Shown one piece after another: positions 16,632-26,895 of a stretch of 35,825 nt of DNA. The notes beneath the pieces are model-generated. The model had not been told where the DNA came from and did not search any database. It saw only the letters and a program-made list of their open reading frames with translations. Origin of the DNA: Planctomycetota bacterium. GTDB taxonomy: Bacteria; Planctomycetota; GCA-002687715; DRQF01. Where the stretch lies: assembly GCA_036479435.1 (NCBI GenBank), contig JAZGFI010000217.1, positions 1-35,825 of the forward strand, given 5' to 3'. The stretch's first letter is position 1, and each line of letters begins with the position of its first letter. The position numbers were made by a program, and so were the translations under genes.

Positions 16632-18097
16632 GCATGAAATTGCTGCTCGCGGTACACAACTTTCCGCCCGAGTTTCGCGGCGGGGTGGAGCGCGCGGTGG
16701 AGGCCTTGTCTACTCAGCTTCTCGCCAATGGTCTTGAAGTGATGGTGGTCACGGGCTCGGCCGAAGTGCGGGCCGATGATGCGCCTGCGGAGTTTATCTG
16801 TGAAGAGTGGCGCGGTGTTCCCGTGCGAAGGTGGCAGCGAGCGGGCGGCTACCACAACTTCGTCGATGCTCATGATCCTCAATTCGAGGCGGCTTTCGAG
16901 ACTCTGCTCGCTGAGTTTAGACCCGATGTCTTGCACCTGCACCACTGGTCGCAGCTTTCGACCGGGCTTTGTGCTTTGGCGAAGCGCCAGGGGATACCGT
17001 CTTTGGCGACTCTGCACGATCATTGGATCACCTGTGCGCGGTACTTTCGTTTGCCCCAAGACGTTTTGTGCGAAAAAATGGAAGCGGCAGACCCTTGCAT
17101 CCCTTGCTTGCAGCAAGTGTGGGGAGTCGACGAGAGTGAGCTTGGCTTCGCCTTGGCGATGCGCCAGGCCTCCTGCGATCAGGAGTTGTCGCTGTTGTCG
17201 GCGCTGACGGTTTCGAGTCAAAGTCATCTTGATCTGCTTCGGCGCTTTGGGCGCTACCCCGAAGCGATATGGGAGAAGTTTCGCGTCCTGCCGATGGGCA
17301 CGAGTCCCGCGGGCCCGAATCGAAAAACCCTGCCCTTGAAGGATAGGCGCGATCGCTTCGTCGTCGCCCACTGGGGTAACCTTAATGCGCTCAAGGGTGT
17401 TGAGGTCTTGGCCAAGGCCGCGGCCTTGGCCAAGCTTGAGCATCTTGAGCTTCGTTTTTTGGGTCGAACCGTTGAGCCCGGTCTTGAGGATCGCCTCGTA
17501 CAGCTCGCCGGCGATCGGTCAGTGAGCTTTGGCGGAGCCTACGACCCTGAAAACCTCGCGGAGCTCTTGGCGGACGTCGATTGCGCTGTGTTCCCCTCGC
17601 TCGCCCATGAGACCCACTCATTGGTCGCGGACGAGGCGATGGAGTTAGGACTTCCTCTCATTGTGAGCGATCGCGGGGCACCCGCTGAGCGCGTGGCTGG
17701 GCGCGGCTTGATCGTGCCGGCGAATGACGAGGCAGCTCTTGCCACGGCTCTTGAGAAGATGGCCGACCCTGGGTTTCGGAAAACTTGTCTAGAGTCGAAG
17801 GCCGGTCTTGTGAGCCTCGAGGACTGGACGGTACAGATGCAGGGAATCTACGCGGAAGTGGCTGTCGATCGTCAATCGGAACGCGCTCCCGACTTGACGC
17901 GTGAGCGCTTGGCGCATCGAAATCAAAGGCTGGCCGAGATCGCGCAGTATGTCGGCGGGCAATCGCAGCAGAGATCGACCCTCGAGCAGGCTATCTTGGG
18001 AGATGAGGCGGCGCTAAAACAGCTCGCCGAGTTCGCGCCGCAGATCGCACAAAGAATTGAAGACATGAATGCAGTCGAAAGAAAGGAAGGCTCATGA
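16628..18097 (+). CDS. glycosyltransferase family 4 with C-terminal helical tail
   Basis: HNFPPEFRGGVE, PDVLHLHH, LHDHW, KGV, VFPSLAHETHSLVADEA. ATGA overlap with the upstream gene. Confidence 0.9.
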   Translation: MSMKLLLAVHNFPPEFRGGVERAVEALSTQLLANGLEVMVVTGSAEVRADDAPAEFICEEWRGVPVRRWQRAGGYHNFVDAHDPQFEAAFETLLAEFRPDVLHLHHWSQLSTGLCALAKRQGIPSLATLHDHWITCARYFRLPQDVLCEKMEAADPCIPCLQQVWGVDESELGFALAMRQASCDQELSLLSALTVSSQSHLDLLRRFGRYPEAIWEKFRVLPMGTSPAGPNRKTLPLKDRRDRFVVAHWGNLNALKGVEVLAKAAALAKLEHLELRFLGRTVEPGLEDRLVQLAGDRSVSFGGAYDPENLAELLADVDCAVFPSLAHETHSLVADEAMELGLPLIVSDRGAPAERVAGRGLIVPANDEAALATALEKMADPGFRKTCLESKAGLVSLEDWTVQMQGIYAEVAVDRQSERAPDLTRERLAHRNQRLAEIAQYVGGQSQQRSTLEQAILGDEAALKQLAEFAPQIAQRIEDMNAVERKEGS

Positions 18098-18966
18098 GTG
18101 AGCCCCGAGTTTCCATCATCATCCGGACTTTTAACCGTCCGGACATGTTGAAACGGGCTTTGGATTCGGTGGCCAGCCAGACTTGGACCAATCGTGAGGT
18201 CGTGGTCGTTAACGACGCCGGTTGCGACGTCAAGAATCTACTGGACGAGCTTGCCCCGAAGATGCCGCAAGGATGGGGCGACATCGTCTATTTGAATTTC
18301 GACCGGGCAAATAAGCCCGGGCGTTGCCTCGCGGCCACCAAGGGTATTGAAGCGTCGAGTGGCGAGTGGATCTGCTACTTGGACGACGATGACTTTTACT
18401 ACCCGAATCATCTCGAAGTCTTGATGGACAAAGCCGCTACTTGTGATTCAAAGGTGTTTTACACCGATGCCAATCGCGGCACCGAAGAACCGGTGGGCAA
18501 AGATGGTGCTTACGTCATCACCACGGTTGGGCCCGGACCTTCCGAGGATTTTTCGCAAACGGGATTCTACGTCGGTTGTTACATCCACCTTGTCACTTTT
18601 TGCCATCACCGCAGCGTGTTCGACGCGATGGGAGGTTTCGACACGAGTCTCGACGTCTTGGAAGATCTCGATCTTTTCTTCCGCTACTCCCAAGACCATG
18701 ACTTTGTCCACGTCCCCATCGTCACTGGGCAGTTTCAGATCCGAACCGACAACTCCAACGCGGTCACCGCGATGCGAGATGAATTTGTGCAGACTCGTGA
18801 GCAGATGCTGGCCAAGTACCTGCACACGGTTGTTCGCGACTTGATGATCTCCTTGGTGCAAGGGAAAGCGGCCTTGGCCGCGGTAAATTCGCAGTTTGAA
18901 TCCGTGAACGCACGCATCAAGCGGCTTGAGGATGAGATGGAGAACCTGAAGGAAAAAAAGGCTTGA
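18094..18966 (+). CDS. glycosyltransferase family 2 with C-terminal coiled coil
   Basis: VSIIIRTFNR, VVVNDAG, YLDDDD, GGFD..LEDLDL; tail VNSQFESVNARIKRLEDEMENLK. Confidence 0.9.
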   Translation: MSEPRVSIIIRTFNRPDMLKRALDSVASQTWTNREVVVVNDAGCDVKNLLDELAPKMPQGWGDIVYLNFDRANKPGRCLAATKGIEASSGEWICYLDDDDFYYPNHLEVLMDKAATCDSKVFYTDANRGTEEPVGKDGAYVITTVGPGPSEDFSQTGFYVGCYIHLVTFCHHRSVFDAMGGFDTSLDVLEDLDLFFRYSQDHDFVHVPIVTGQFQIRTDNSNAVTAMRDEFVQTREQMLAKYLHTVVRDLMISLVQGKAALAAVNSQFESVNARIKRLEDEMENLKEKKA

Positions 18967-19739
18967 GCCCTTACTACCGAAAGTGGGAAAACCTCTACGC
19001 GCCAGCCGATCTGGTGCAGGGGCCCTTGCTCTACCTTTCGCCACACCCCGACGACGAGGTTTTGGGCGGTGGCGGCCTGATCCTCGCGCATCGTGACGTC
19101 GGTGAACGCGTGCTCACGGTGGTGATGACCGATGGCGGCAAAGGCGATGCGACGGGCAAGTACGGGACTGACTATCCGGAGATTAGGAAGGCCGAGTTTC
19201 GGGCGGCGGCCTTGGCCCTCGGTGATACCGGAACGAGGTTTCTGGACTTTCCGGATTTCGGGTTGGCTGAACTCATGGCGCATGAAAACCCGGCACCGGT
19301 GGCAGCGATCGAAGAAATCCTCGGCTCTGCAGAGTGGGGGAGCCTGGCTTTTCCGAGCCCTTGGGAGTTGCATCCCGATCATCGTGCGACCTGCCTTGCG
19401 GCCTTAAGAGCAGTTTTGGGTCAAAAGAGTCGTCCTCGTTTGTTGGCCTATGAAGTTGGGAGCTTCATGCCCAACAACCTGCTCTTGGACATCTCGGGGC
19501 TATTCGAGCGCAAGCTCAAGGCCTTGCGTTGTTATGCTTCGCAACTAGAGCACCACGACTTAGTCGGCAAGATGACGGGGCTTGATGTGGCCCGCACCGC
19601 CAATGTCGACGACAAAAACATCTCTCACTGCGAAGCCTGGCTTCGCGTGGCCGACGACCGAATCGAAGAGTTCCTCAACGTCACGGAAACGGCGATGAGG
19701 GTTACCGACGAGATGGGGCCCGCCGTTCCCTATCTCTAA
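18963..19739 (+). CDS. PIG-L/LmbE family deacetylase (second copy)
   Basis: SPHPDDEVLG, TDG, RKAE, HPDH, YEV, KLKALRCYASQ. TTG start overlapping the upstream stop. Confidence 0.88.
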   Translation: MSPYYRKWENLYAPADLVQGPLLYLSPHPDDEVLGGGGLILAHRDVGERVLTVVMTDGGKGDATGKYGTDYPEIRKAEFRAAALALGDTGTRFLDFPDFGLAELMAHENPAPVAAIEEILGSAEWGSLAFPSPWELHPDHRATCLAALRAVLGQKSRPRLLAYEVGSFMPNNLLLDISGLFERKLKALRCYASQLEHHDLVGKMTGLDVARTANVDDKNISHCEAWLRVADDRIEEFLNVTETAMRVTDEMGPAVPYL

Positions 19740-19773
19740 ACGAAGCTAATGCAGACCCGGATAAGAGCGAGTT

Positions 19774-20745
19774 ATGAGTGAGCTGTTGAGCGGCGGCGAA
19801 GACGCGCGGCTGAAGTATCTCAACCAGTCCCCTGAGGCGGGCCGACCGACGGTGGCCGCGGTGATGACTTCGTTCAATAAATGCGAGGACGTCCGCAAAA
19901 ACCTCGATTCCCAGCGCGCTCAGACCATCAAGTTCGATCAGATCATCGTGGTGGACAACGCCTCCAGCGATGGCACCCAAAAGATGATCCGGCAAGACTA
20001 CCCTGAAGTCACTTTTGTCGAGATGCCCCATCCGGCCTACGGCGCCTGCGAGACCTTCAACATCGGTTTTTCGACGGCTGGAGCTGACTTTGTGGCGATC
20101 TTGGATGACGACATCATCTTGCCGACGGATTGGGTCGAAAAAATGCTCGCCAAGTTTGAAAGCGAGCCCGAAACAACGGGGCTGATTTCGAGCAAGGTCG
20201 TCGAGCCCAACATGCCCGACTGGTATCTGCAGCACCCTGGTGTCAACCAAGAGCGCTACATGGCGACTTTTCGCGGTTGCGCGACCCTGGCGAAGCACAG
20301 CGTCATTCGCGACGCTGGTTACTACGATGTGCGCTTTTTCATCTACGGCAACGAGCGCGATCTGTCTTGCCGGGTGCTGAATTCAGGATTTCGCATCCTT
20401 CAGTTTCCAAGCTGCGTCGTGCAGCACGGGACGCCATTCGGCATGAAAAAGGGGGCGCGCAGCCTCTACTACCATGTCCGCAATCTGTGGCTCTACCTGT
20501 TCAAGAACGTCGCTTGGACGGAGGTGTTCGGCTTTGTGATGGGGCAGATATCGCCCTTTGGCAAGAAAAAGGACACCGAAACTGACGCCGTGGGGACGAT
20601 CGGCTTCTTTGAGACCGTACGGCAGACCAAGGGCGGTTTTTGGGTCTGCATCAAGGCCACGATCAACGCCTTTTTGAACCTGCCCTACTGCCTGAAGCAC
20701 CGAAAAGTCTGCCAGCACGAGGACTTTCGCCTTCCCACCGAGTGA
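19774..20745 (+). CDS. glycosyltransferase family 2
   Basis: IIVVDNASSDGT, ILDDD, YDVRFFIYGNERDL, YYHVRN. Confidence 0.9.
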   Translation: MSELLSGGEDARLKYLNQSPEAGRPTVAAVMTSFNKCEDVRKNLDSQRAQTIKFDQIIVVDNASSDGTQKMIRQDYPEVTFVEMPHPAYGACETFNIGFSTAGADFVAILDDDIILPTDWVEKMLAKFESEPETTGLISSKVVEPNMPDWYLQHPGVNQERYMATFRGCATLAKHSVIRDAGYYDVRFFIYGNERDLSCRVLNSGFRILQFPSCVVQHGTPFGMKKGARSLYYHVRNLWLYLFKNVAWTEVFGFVMGQISPFGKKKDTETDAVGTIGFFETVRQTKGGFWVCIKATINAFLNLPYCLKHRKVCQHEDFRLPTE

Positions 20746-20858
20746 GCTTCCATCGCGAGCTTCAGATCTGCGTTTCGCCTGAAGCCACCGCCATCCCGAA
20801 TCGTTATGCTCTGGCAGTGAGATCTAGTTGCCAGTTTGGGGTATAGGGCCGTGTCTAG

Positions 20859-23800
20859 ATGAGAATCCCGTTCTTGCTGATTTTGGGGTTGGTTGCGGCC
20901 TGCGCTCTGGGAAGTCTACGAGCCCAGGGTGAGCAGCCGACGATTCGAATTGGTGGTCAAGACAAAAACCAAATCACCATTTCGTCGGCAGGTATTCGGA
21001 AGGTCAAAGACCTCCTTGGGCCCTTGAAATTAGCGCTGCCTAAGATCGACGACGAAGTCCAAAAAGCCGCAGCTCAAGCGGACATTGCGTTGCTCGAAGA
21101 GAAACTCGCCGCTCTCGAAACGGCGGAGGAGCTGCTGAAGAAAGTTGGCGGTTTGGGGAAGCTGCGAACCGCCGTGGCAGCGACGGTCAAGGCCAACAAG
21201 GAGAAGGCCAAACAGGCTCGCGTCAAGATCGAAGAAGTTTCGGTCGGGACTGAGCCCATTAGCGAGGCTCAGCTAAACTCGCGGAAGGCGCTCGAGGAAG
21301 TTGCCAGTCAAGCCGTCAAGAATCTTCAACAAGGCCTCAAGGACTATGACGCCCAAGCTGCGGCGATTGACCAAGAGCTCGGCACTGTCGCCAAGAGGAT
21401 TGAGGAACTGCAGGCGCAGAAGAAACCCCTTGAGAGCAAAAAAGACGGCGCGTCGATCCTCAAGTTTGAGATCGTCGAGATCAAGATTGGGATCGAGAGC
21501 TTCAAGCGCGTCTATCACGAAAAACTCAAAGAGGTGGTTGCTCTCGAAAAAGCCCGTGATGACTCGGCCTTGCAGCTTGGCATCGTTGAGCGCGATCTCG
21601 CAAGTGTAACTTTTAACACGACACAGAAAGCACGTGAGATTCAAGTCGAGCGCGATCGCGAAAAGACGAGAATCGCCGCCGCGCTTAAGAAGAAAGAAGC
21701 TGCCGATACCAGTAACTCTGCTGAGCGCCGTGCGCGCGATGTCCTCGTGGCCCTTGAGTCGGATATCGTCGTCCTAAAGGACGAGATCGAAGGAGTGCAG
21801 GACGAAGCAGAGAGTCTACTCGTCGTTGTCCGGGGCGCGAAACTTGGGGCAGAGGAGAGTTTCGGCCGCATGAAAGTGCGCTTTCCCGAGGGTAAGAAAC
21901 TCGACCAGTTGCGTCGGTCGGACCTCTCCGAGCAAGTCGCGATCGCACGCTTGGGAGCGGAGGCAGTTGACGACTGGTTGACCGAAGTCGAGGAGTTTGA
22001 GGCCGAGGCATCAAGAGACACTCTATCCGCGCGCGACCGAGCGGCCGCGCTCACCGTCGCCATTAAGGAACTGGAGAGCGAAAGTGCCATCGCGGTGGGG
22101 AGTGCCCTGAGGCCGGCGCCCTTAGCTGTTGATGGCGATTTCGTCACGCAGTGGGCCTTGGCGGTCGAGCTTCGCGAGGAGGCACAGGCAGATCTTCGGG
22201 GTAAGACAGAGGCGATTGCTGAATTCGAAGGCACCTGGAGAGAGGAAGTCCTGAAGATCAATAAGGCGATCGAAGAGTTGACGACCGTCATTGAAGATAC
22301 CAACCGCGACACTCAGGGGGCCTTGAATGCCGCGCGTGAGACTTCGGAGACTCTCTCCCGTCGCCGCTCCTACTTGGCGGACATCGAGTTTTGGTTGAAG
22401 GGCGATCCTTTTCTCAGCATGAGCACAGTGCGTGGCTTTGGGGCCGACTTTTCGTCGGTGGGTGATGCTGTCCGGCGCGCGGTCGAAGGTCTCAGAATTC
22501 AGTTTCGTCAAAGAGCTTGGGGCTTTGCCGATCTCGCTGCGATTTGCCTCCTCCTTTATGGCCTCTACTCGCTGCGTTCAAAGTCGGGGGCTTATGAAGT
22601 TGACGGTGCCCACCGAAAAGCCTGGCAGGCGTCCGGCGGACTCGCTTCGGCCTCCCTGGCGGCCATGCTGTTTTTTCGCTCCTGGATGCCGGAAAACCCG
22701 CTCGGATACCCGCTGGTAGTCGTTCCCGCCATCGTCGCGGTCTGGCGTGGCCTCGCCGCGATCGCTCAGAAGCCGATCGAACGAGTGAGTGAAGCCCGCC
22801 ATGACCGTACGCAAAAGCAAGCCGTCGTTGATCTCGATGCCGCGGGGAACAAGGAAGACGAGACGCCGCGGGTTCCATTGTGGTTGGGAAGGTTCTTTAT
22901 CGTTTTTTTGATCTCGATGCCCCTGGCCGGAATTGTTGACCGGCTCGAGCTGCACTCGATCGCTTTTGTCGCGTCATTTGTGGTGACGGTGTGGGCCGGA
23001 TACTGGATTCTGCGTTCTATCGTCAAAGATGACGGGCTCGACCGGTTCTTTCCGGATCGCCACGGAGTCAAAGCCTTGGCGCTAGCCGTGGCCTGGGGTT
23101 TTGTCTGCGCGATGGCGGTGGCAATCGTGATGTTCTTGCTGGGTTACGGCTTCGCCGGGCTGTTCTTAGCCTTGCGGGCGCCGGCGGCCGTTTGTGTCGT
23201 CTTGTTGGCCGTGACCGCAAATGCCTTCGCGCGCCAGTTTCTCGATCGCCACCTCGGTCACTTGGCCAGCAGCGGTGACCGTGACGGCGAAGGCGGCCAC
23301 TCGCACAACCCCTTTGCTCCGGTAAGGCGCGACGCGGTGTTTCGCCGGTTACTGGGATTTTTGACTTCGCTTGGGGCCATTGCGGCGACTTTTGGCGGGC
23401 TGATGCTGGTACTCGAGATCGACCTCGTCCGACTGAAGGACTACAGCGACTATGTGGTGATGGCGGGCCGTGACGGAAGCTCGGACATTCGCTTGGGGGA
23501 TCTTGTTCGCGCTGGATTCATCTTCTTCGTGATCTATAGCTTCGCTCGCTACATCAGAGATTTCATGCTCAGTTCGTCTGGCAAAGGCGCCGTGCGACAA
23601 GGCCTGCGCTATGCCCTCAGCACGCTGTTGTTTTACAGCATGGTGATCATCGGCGTGTTCTTGGCCTTCCGTAGTGTCGCCTTGAATATCGGGCAATTGG
23701 GTTGGGTCTTGGCCCCCGCTGGCGTGGCGCTCGGTTTCGGTATGACGCAGATCATCTCGAACTTTGTGTCGGGGATCATCTTGTTCTTGGAACGGCCCAT

Positions 23801-24443
23801 TGAAGTTGGTGACATTATCTCGGTGGGAGACATCGAAGGTGATGTGCAGCGCATCAGCATTCGCGCGACTTCAGTGCGGACCCGGGACGGCATCTCCATC
23901 ATCATTCCCAACCGCAAGCTGATTGAAGAAGACGTCATCAACTGGTCTCACGGCGATCGCAAGACCCGTTTGCAGATCAACATTTCGATCGCCTACGGCA
24001 GCGACGTAGCCTTGGTCAAGAAAATCCTTGTGGAGGTTGCTGACAACGATCGACGGATCTTGAAGCGTCCGCGCCCCGAAACCAGTTTCATGGGTTTCGG
24101 GGCGAGCGAGTTGGAGTTCGTGTTGCTGTTTTGGCTGGCGAGTCCCGATCTTTCGCTGCGCCGCCGGGTGCGATCCGACGTCAATGCGGCGGTCGACGCG
24201 GCTTTTCGACGCAACAAAGTCGAGATCCCGTTTCCGCAGCGCGACATTCATATCCGTTCAACCGTGGAACGCGAGCCTGCGATGGGGCCCGGCGAATCGC
24301 TGGCAGCGGCTCAGGACAAGTCTTCGGATATCTCGACGGAAAAGCCCAAAGCGACCAGCGAAAAGAAACCGCAGCTGCCGAAGACTCCCAGCGAAAAAAA
24401 GAAGGATTCGGCAAAAAGCAAACGTGGCGAGAAGTCCCGTTGA
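20859..24443 (+). CDS. large MscS-family mechanosensitive channel (MscK/KefA-like)
   Basis: Signal peptide, ~500-aa helical/coiled-coil region, many TM helices, then ALGFGMTQIISNFVSGIILFLERPIEVGDII..IIIPN..NWS..IAYGSD..IPFPQRD. Confidence 0.9.
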   Translation: MRIPFLLILGLVAACALGSLRAQGEQPTIRIGGQDKNQITISSAGIRKVKDLLGPLKLALPKIDDEVQKAAAQADIALLEEKLAALETAEELLKKVGGLGKLRTAVAATVKANKEKAKQARVKIEEVSVGTEPISEAQLNSRKALEEVASQAVKNLQQGLKDYDAQAAAIDQELGTVAKRIEELQAQKKPLESKKDGASILKFEIVEIKIGIESFKRVYHEKLKEVVALEKARDDSALQLGIVERDLASVTFNTTQKAREIQVERDREKTRIAAALKKKEAADTSNSAERRARDVLVALESDIVVLKDEIEGVQDEAESLLVVVRGAKLGAEESFGRMKVRFPEGKKLDQLRRSDLSEQVAIARLGAEAVDDWLTEVEEFEAEASRDTLSARDRAAALTVAIKELESESAIAVGSALRPAPLAVDGDFVTQWALAVELREEAQADLRGKTEAIAEFEGTWREEVLKINKAIEELTTVIEDTNRDTQGALNAARETSETLSRRRSYLADIEFWLKGDPFLSMSTVRGFGADFSSVGDAVRRAVEGLRIQFRQRAWGFADLAAICLLLYGLYSLRSKSGAYEVDGAHRKAWQASGGLASASLAAMLFFRSWMPENPLGYPLVVVPAIVAVWRGLAAIAQKPIERVSEARHDRTQKQAVVDLDAAGNKEDETPRVPLWLGRFFIVFLISMPLAGIVDRLELHSIAFVASFVVTVWAGYWILRSIVKDDGLDRFFPDRHGVKALALAVAWGFVCAMAVAIVMFLLGYGFAGLFLALRAPAAVCVVLLAVTANAFARQFLDRHLGHLASSGDRDGEGGHSHNPFAPVRRDAVFRRLLGFLTSLGAIAATFGGLMLVLEIDLVRLKDYSDYVVMAGRDGSSDIRLGDLVRAGFIFFVIYSFARYIRDFMLSSSGKGAVRQGLRYALSTLLFYSMVIIGVFLAFRSVALNIGQLGWVLAPAGVALGFGMTQIISNFVSGIILFLERPIEVGDIISVGDIEGDVQRISIRATSVRTRDGISIIIPNRKLIEEDVINWSHGDRKTRLQINISIAYGSDVALVKKILVEVADNDRRILKRPRPETSFMGFGASELEFVLLFWLASPDLSLRRRVRSDVNAAVDAAFRRNKVEIPFPQRDIHIRSTVEREPAMGPGESLAAAQDKSSDISTEKPKATSEKKPQLPKTPSEKKKDSAKSKRGEKSR

Positions 24444-24449
24444 TGGCCC

Positions 24450-25397
24450 ATGGACGAATCTGAAGACGACAACAACCAGGGCTCTTTGAGTTCGCCAGCA
24501 TCTAGCAAGATCGCGGTCTTGATCGTCAATTGGAATGGCGGCGATCTCACGCTGGACGCCATCGTAGCGGTGGGAGAGTCTCGCCTTTTGCCCGCCGAGA
24601 TCATCGTCGTAGATAACGGTTCGACCGACGGGTCCCTCGATCGAGTTCGTCGTGAGCATCCCGGATGTCATTTGATCGAGAACCAAGAGAATCTTGGATT
24701 CGGCACGGCTTGTAACCAGGGGTTTGAGCTCGCGAATTCCTTGGCTGTCGATTTCGTTTTTCTTTTGAACAACGATGCTCGCCTGGAACCCGAAACCTTG
24801 GGCGAACTCGTCAAGGCGGCGATGAGGCACGAGTCTGCCGGGCTATTTGCAGGGAAAATACTCTACCCAGATGGCCGGTTGTGGTGCGCGGGGGTCGACA
24901 TCGGGTTTTTTCCGAATCTGCAGAATCTTCGCGGTTTTGGCCAAAAAGACCGAGGCCAATTTGATTCCGAGGAAGTTGTCGATGCCCTAACCGGCTGTGG
25001 CTTGCTAATACGCAGCTCGCTACTCAAGGTTTTGAACGGGTTTGATGAACAGTTTTTCGTCTACGTCGAAGACATCGATTTGTGCGCCCGAGCCCACGCG
25101 GCCGGGTTTTCGGCGGTTTACGCCCCGCGGGCGCGAATGACGCATTTGGCCGGGGCGTCATCGGGCGGTGGCTATGGGGCCTGGAGGAAGCGTATTCTCG
25201 CCTATAATGTCGTGTCTTATTTGAAAAAGCACGGCAGCTGGAGGCTTTGGACGAGTTTTGCCCTTCTCGATGTTCTCAGCTGGCCATTTCTTTTGCTGCT
25301 CGGCGGTTTGCGCGGCCGCGGCCCCGCCGTTTGGGCGAAGGGGCAGGGCATGTTCGCCGGACTGTTGGGATTGAAGAGTCCCGGGCCACCTCGATGA
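24450..25397 (+). CDS. glycosyltransferase family 2
   Basis: VLIVNWN, VVDNGSTDGS, NLGFGTACNQG, LLNND, GFDEQFFVYVEDIDLC. Confidence 0.9.
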   Translation: MDESEDDNNQGSLSSPASSKIAVLIVNWNGGDLTLDAIVAVGESRLLPAEIIVVDNGSTDGSLDRVRREHPGCHLIENQENLGFGTACNQGFELANSLAVDFVFLLNNDARLEPETLGELVKAAMRHESAGLFAGKILYPDGRLWCAGVDIGFFPNLQNLRGFGQKDRGQFDSEEVVDALTGCGLLIRSSLLKVLNGFDEQFFVYVEDIDLCARAHAAGFSAVYAPRARMTHLAGASSGGGYGAWRKRILAYNVVSYLKKHGSWRLWTSFALLDVLSWPFLLLLGGLRGRGPAVWAKGQGMFAGLLGLKSPGPPR

Positions 25398-26788
25398 GAA
25401 AAAAGATCCTGGTCGTCGTGCACCGGTTTCCGCCACGCCACCAAGCGGGGGCGGAGCTCTATTCGCTGCGTTTGGCGAAAGAGCTCAGCAAAAAGCACGA
25501 AGTCGTGGTGATGAGCACTGACGACAACCTCTCGAGCCGCAATTACACCCGCAACAGCTACGAGTACGAAGGCCTTCGTGTCGTCGAGTTCACCAACCAC
25601 CGCCGCTATCGCGAGTTTGAAGAGAGTTACGCTGACCCGCACATGGAGCAGCATTTCGCTTCGGTCTTGCGCGCGGTGCAACCGGACATCGTTCATTACC
25701 AGCACTTGCTGCACCACAGCGTGAACTATCCGGCGATTGCGCGCGAGTACGGTTGCGCTGGGGTGGCGACTATCCACGAGTATTGGCTGCTTTGCGGTCG
25801 CAACGGGCAGATGTTGCAAGCCGACGGTACGCGCTGCCTTGCACCGGGGCTTTCAAAGTGCGCCCCCTGCATGGCGAATTTCATGTGGGGCCGCCGTGGT
25901 TTGGATTTGTGGATGCTGCGCGGCCTCGCCGGTGTGAAGAAGGTCATGGGTGTCGACTTCAAAGCCACGGCCCGAAAGTTCCGTTTGAAGGGTTACTCGC
26001 GCAGCAGCGAAGAAATCCCCCCCGAAGTCATCGAAGAGATGGAGCGCCAGCTCTTGTTGCGCGAGGCCAGGATTCGCGACTGCTTCGACACGATTGACTG
26101 TTTTGTCGCACCTTCGATGTTCTTGCGCGACCGTTTCGTCGAGTACGGATTGGACGAACAGAGAATTATCCACAACCGATTGGGCGTCATGACGGAGCAC
26201 TACCGAAGGCGCGTTCGCGTGCACCGCGAAGGGCGGCCCCTGCGAATCGGCTTCCTCGGTTCGGTGCAAGAGATCAAGGGCCTCCACATCCTCTTAGAGG
26301 CCTTGACCCAGCTTGAACCGGACAGCTTTGATTTGCGCGTCTACGGCGACCTGAATTCGAAGCCGGAATACGTGAATTCACTTTTCAACAAGTTGGGAAG
26401 CTCGATGCAGCTCATGGGGCGCGCCGCCCAGAACGAAATACCGGCCATTCTCGGTACCTTCGACTTGCTCGCAGTACCTTCGATATGGTGGGAGAACTCA
26501 CCCTTGGTCATTCTCGAGGCCTTTGCCACTGGATTGCCGGTTATCGTCTCGGATATCGGGGGCATGGCCGAGCTCGTTCAGAACGAAGTCGATGGTCTAC
26601 ACTTTGAGGCTGGCAACTCTCAAGACCTCGCCGCCAAGCTAAGGCGCGTCCAACACGAAGCCGGATTTTTGGAGAAACTCTCCGAGCGGACCCAAAATCC
26701 GCGCTCCATCGAAGATGACGCCCGTTTCCACGACCTCCTCTTTGACGCCGTTTTGTCTCAGACGCCGGAAGAAATGGAAGAGTCCTGA
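25394..26788 (+). CDS. glycosyltransferase family 4
   Basis: Start at ATG 25394 (ATGA overlap; MRKKILVVVHRFPP). IGFLGS..KGL and VPSIWWENSPLVILEA. Confidence 0.9.
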   Translation: MRKKILVVVHRFPPRHQAGAELYSLRLAKELSKKHEVVVMSTDDNLSSRNYTRNSYEYEGLRVVEFTNHRRYREFEESYADPHMEQHFASVLRAVQPDIVHYQHLLHHSVNYPAIAREYGCAGVATIHEYWLLCGRNGQMLQADGTRCLAPGLSKCAPCMANFMWGRRGLDLWMLRGLAGVKKVMGVDFKATARKFRLKGYSRSSEEIPPEVIEEMERQLLLREARIRDCFDTIDCFVAPSMFLRDRFVEYGLDEQRIIHNRLGVMTEHYRRRVRVHREGRPLRIGFLGSVQEIKGLHILLEALTQLEPDSFDLRVYGDLNSKPEYVNSLFNKLGSSMQLMGRAAQNEIPAILGTFDLLAVPSIWWENSPLVILEAFATGLPVIVSDIGGMAELVQNEVDGLHFEAGNSQDLAAKLRRVQHEAGFLEKLSERTQNPRSIEDDARFHDLLFDAVLSQTPEEMEES

Positions 26789-26839
26789 ATTTGACTCTGG
26801 CCCTCGCCGCGCGCGGTACAAATCGCCGGGCTTCAGTGA

Positions 26840-26868
26840 TTGGCGCCGCGCGCTAGCTTTCGCATAAT
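26840..26868 (+). promoter_or_regulatory. possible internal promoter
   Basis: TTGGCG (26840-26845), 17 bp, CATAAT (26863-26868) in the 107-bp gap before the 1267-aa gene. Confidence 0.3.
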
Positions 26869-26895
26869 GATCGCCACGTTCTCAGAGAGCACTAG

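Noticed and set aside
16562..17443. Long antisense ORFs (e.g. 16562-17443, 10802-11464, 21641-22312, 30043-30678)
   Set aside because: These are shadow frames opposite well-supported genes, expected in GC-rich DNA.
14540..20745. Hopanoid side-chain cluster (hpnI/J/K)
   Set aside because: HpnJ needs an intact CxxxCxxC, HpnK is YdjC-family rather than PIG-L, and no squalene-hopene cyclase or hpnH is present.
25247..25393. Longer ORF starts at 25247 (and similarly 32888)
   Set aside because: They overlap the upstream genes extensively. ATGs at 25394 and 33017 give standard stop/start coupling and begin at the domain start.
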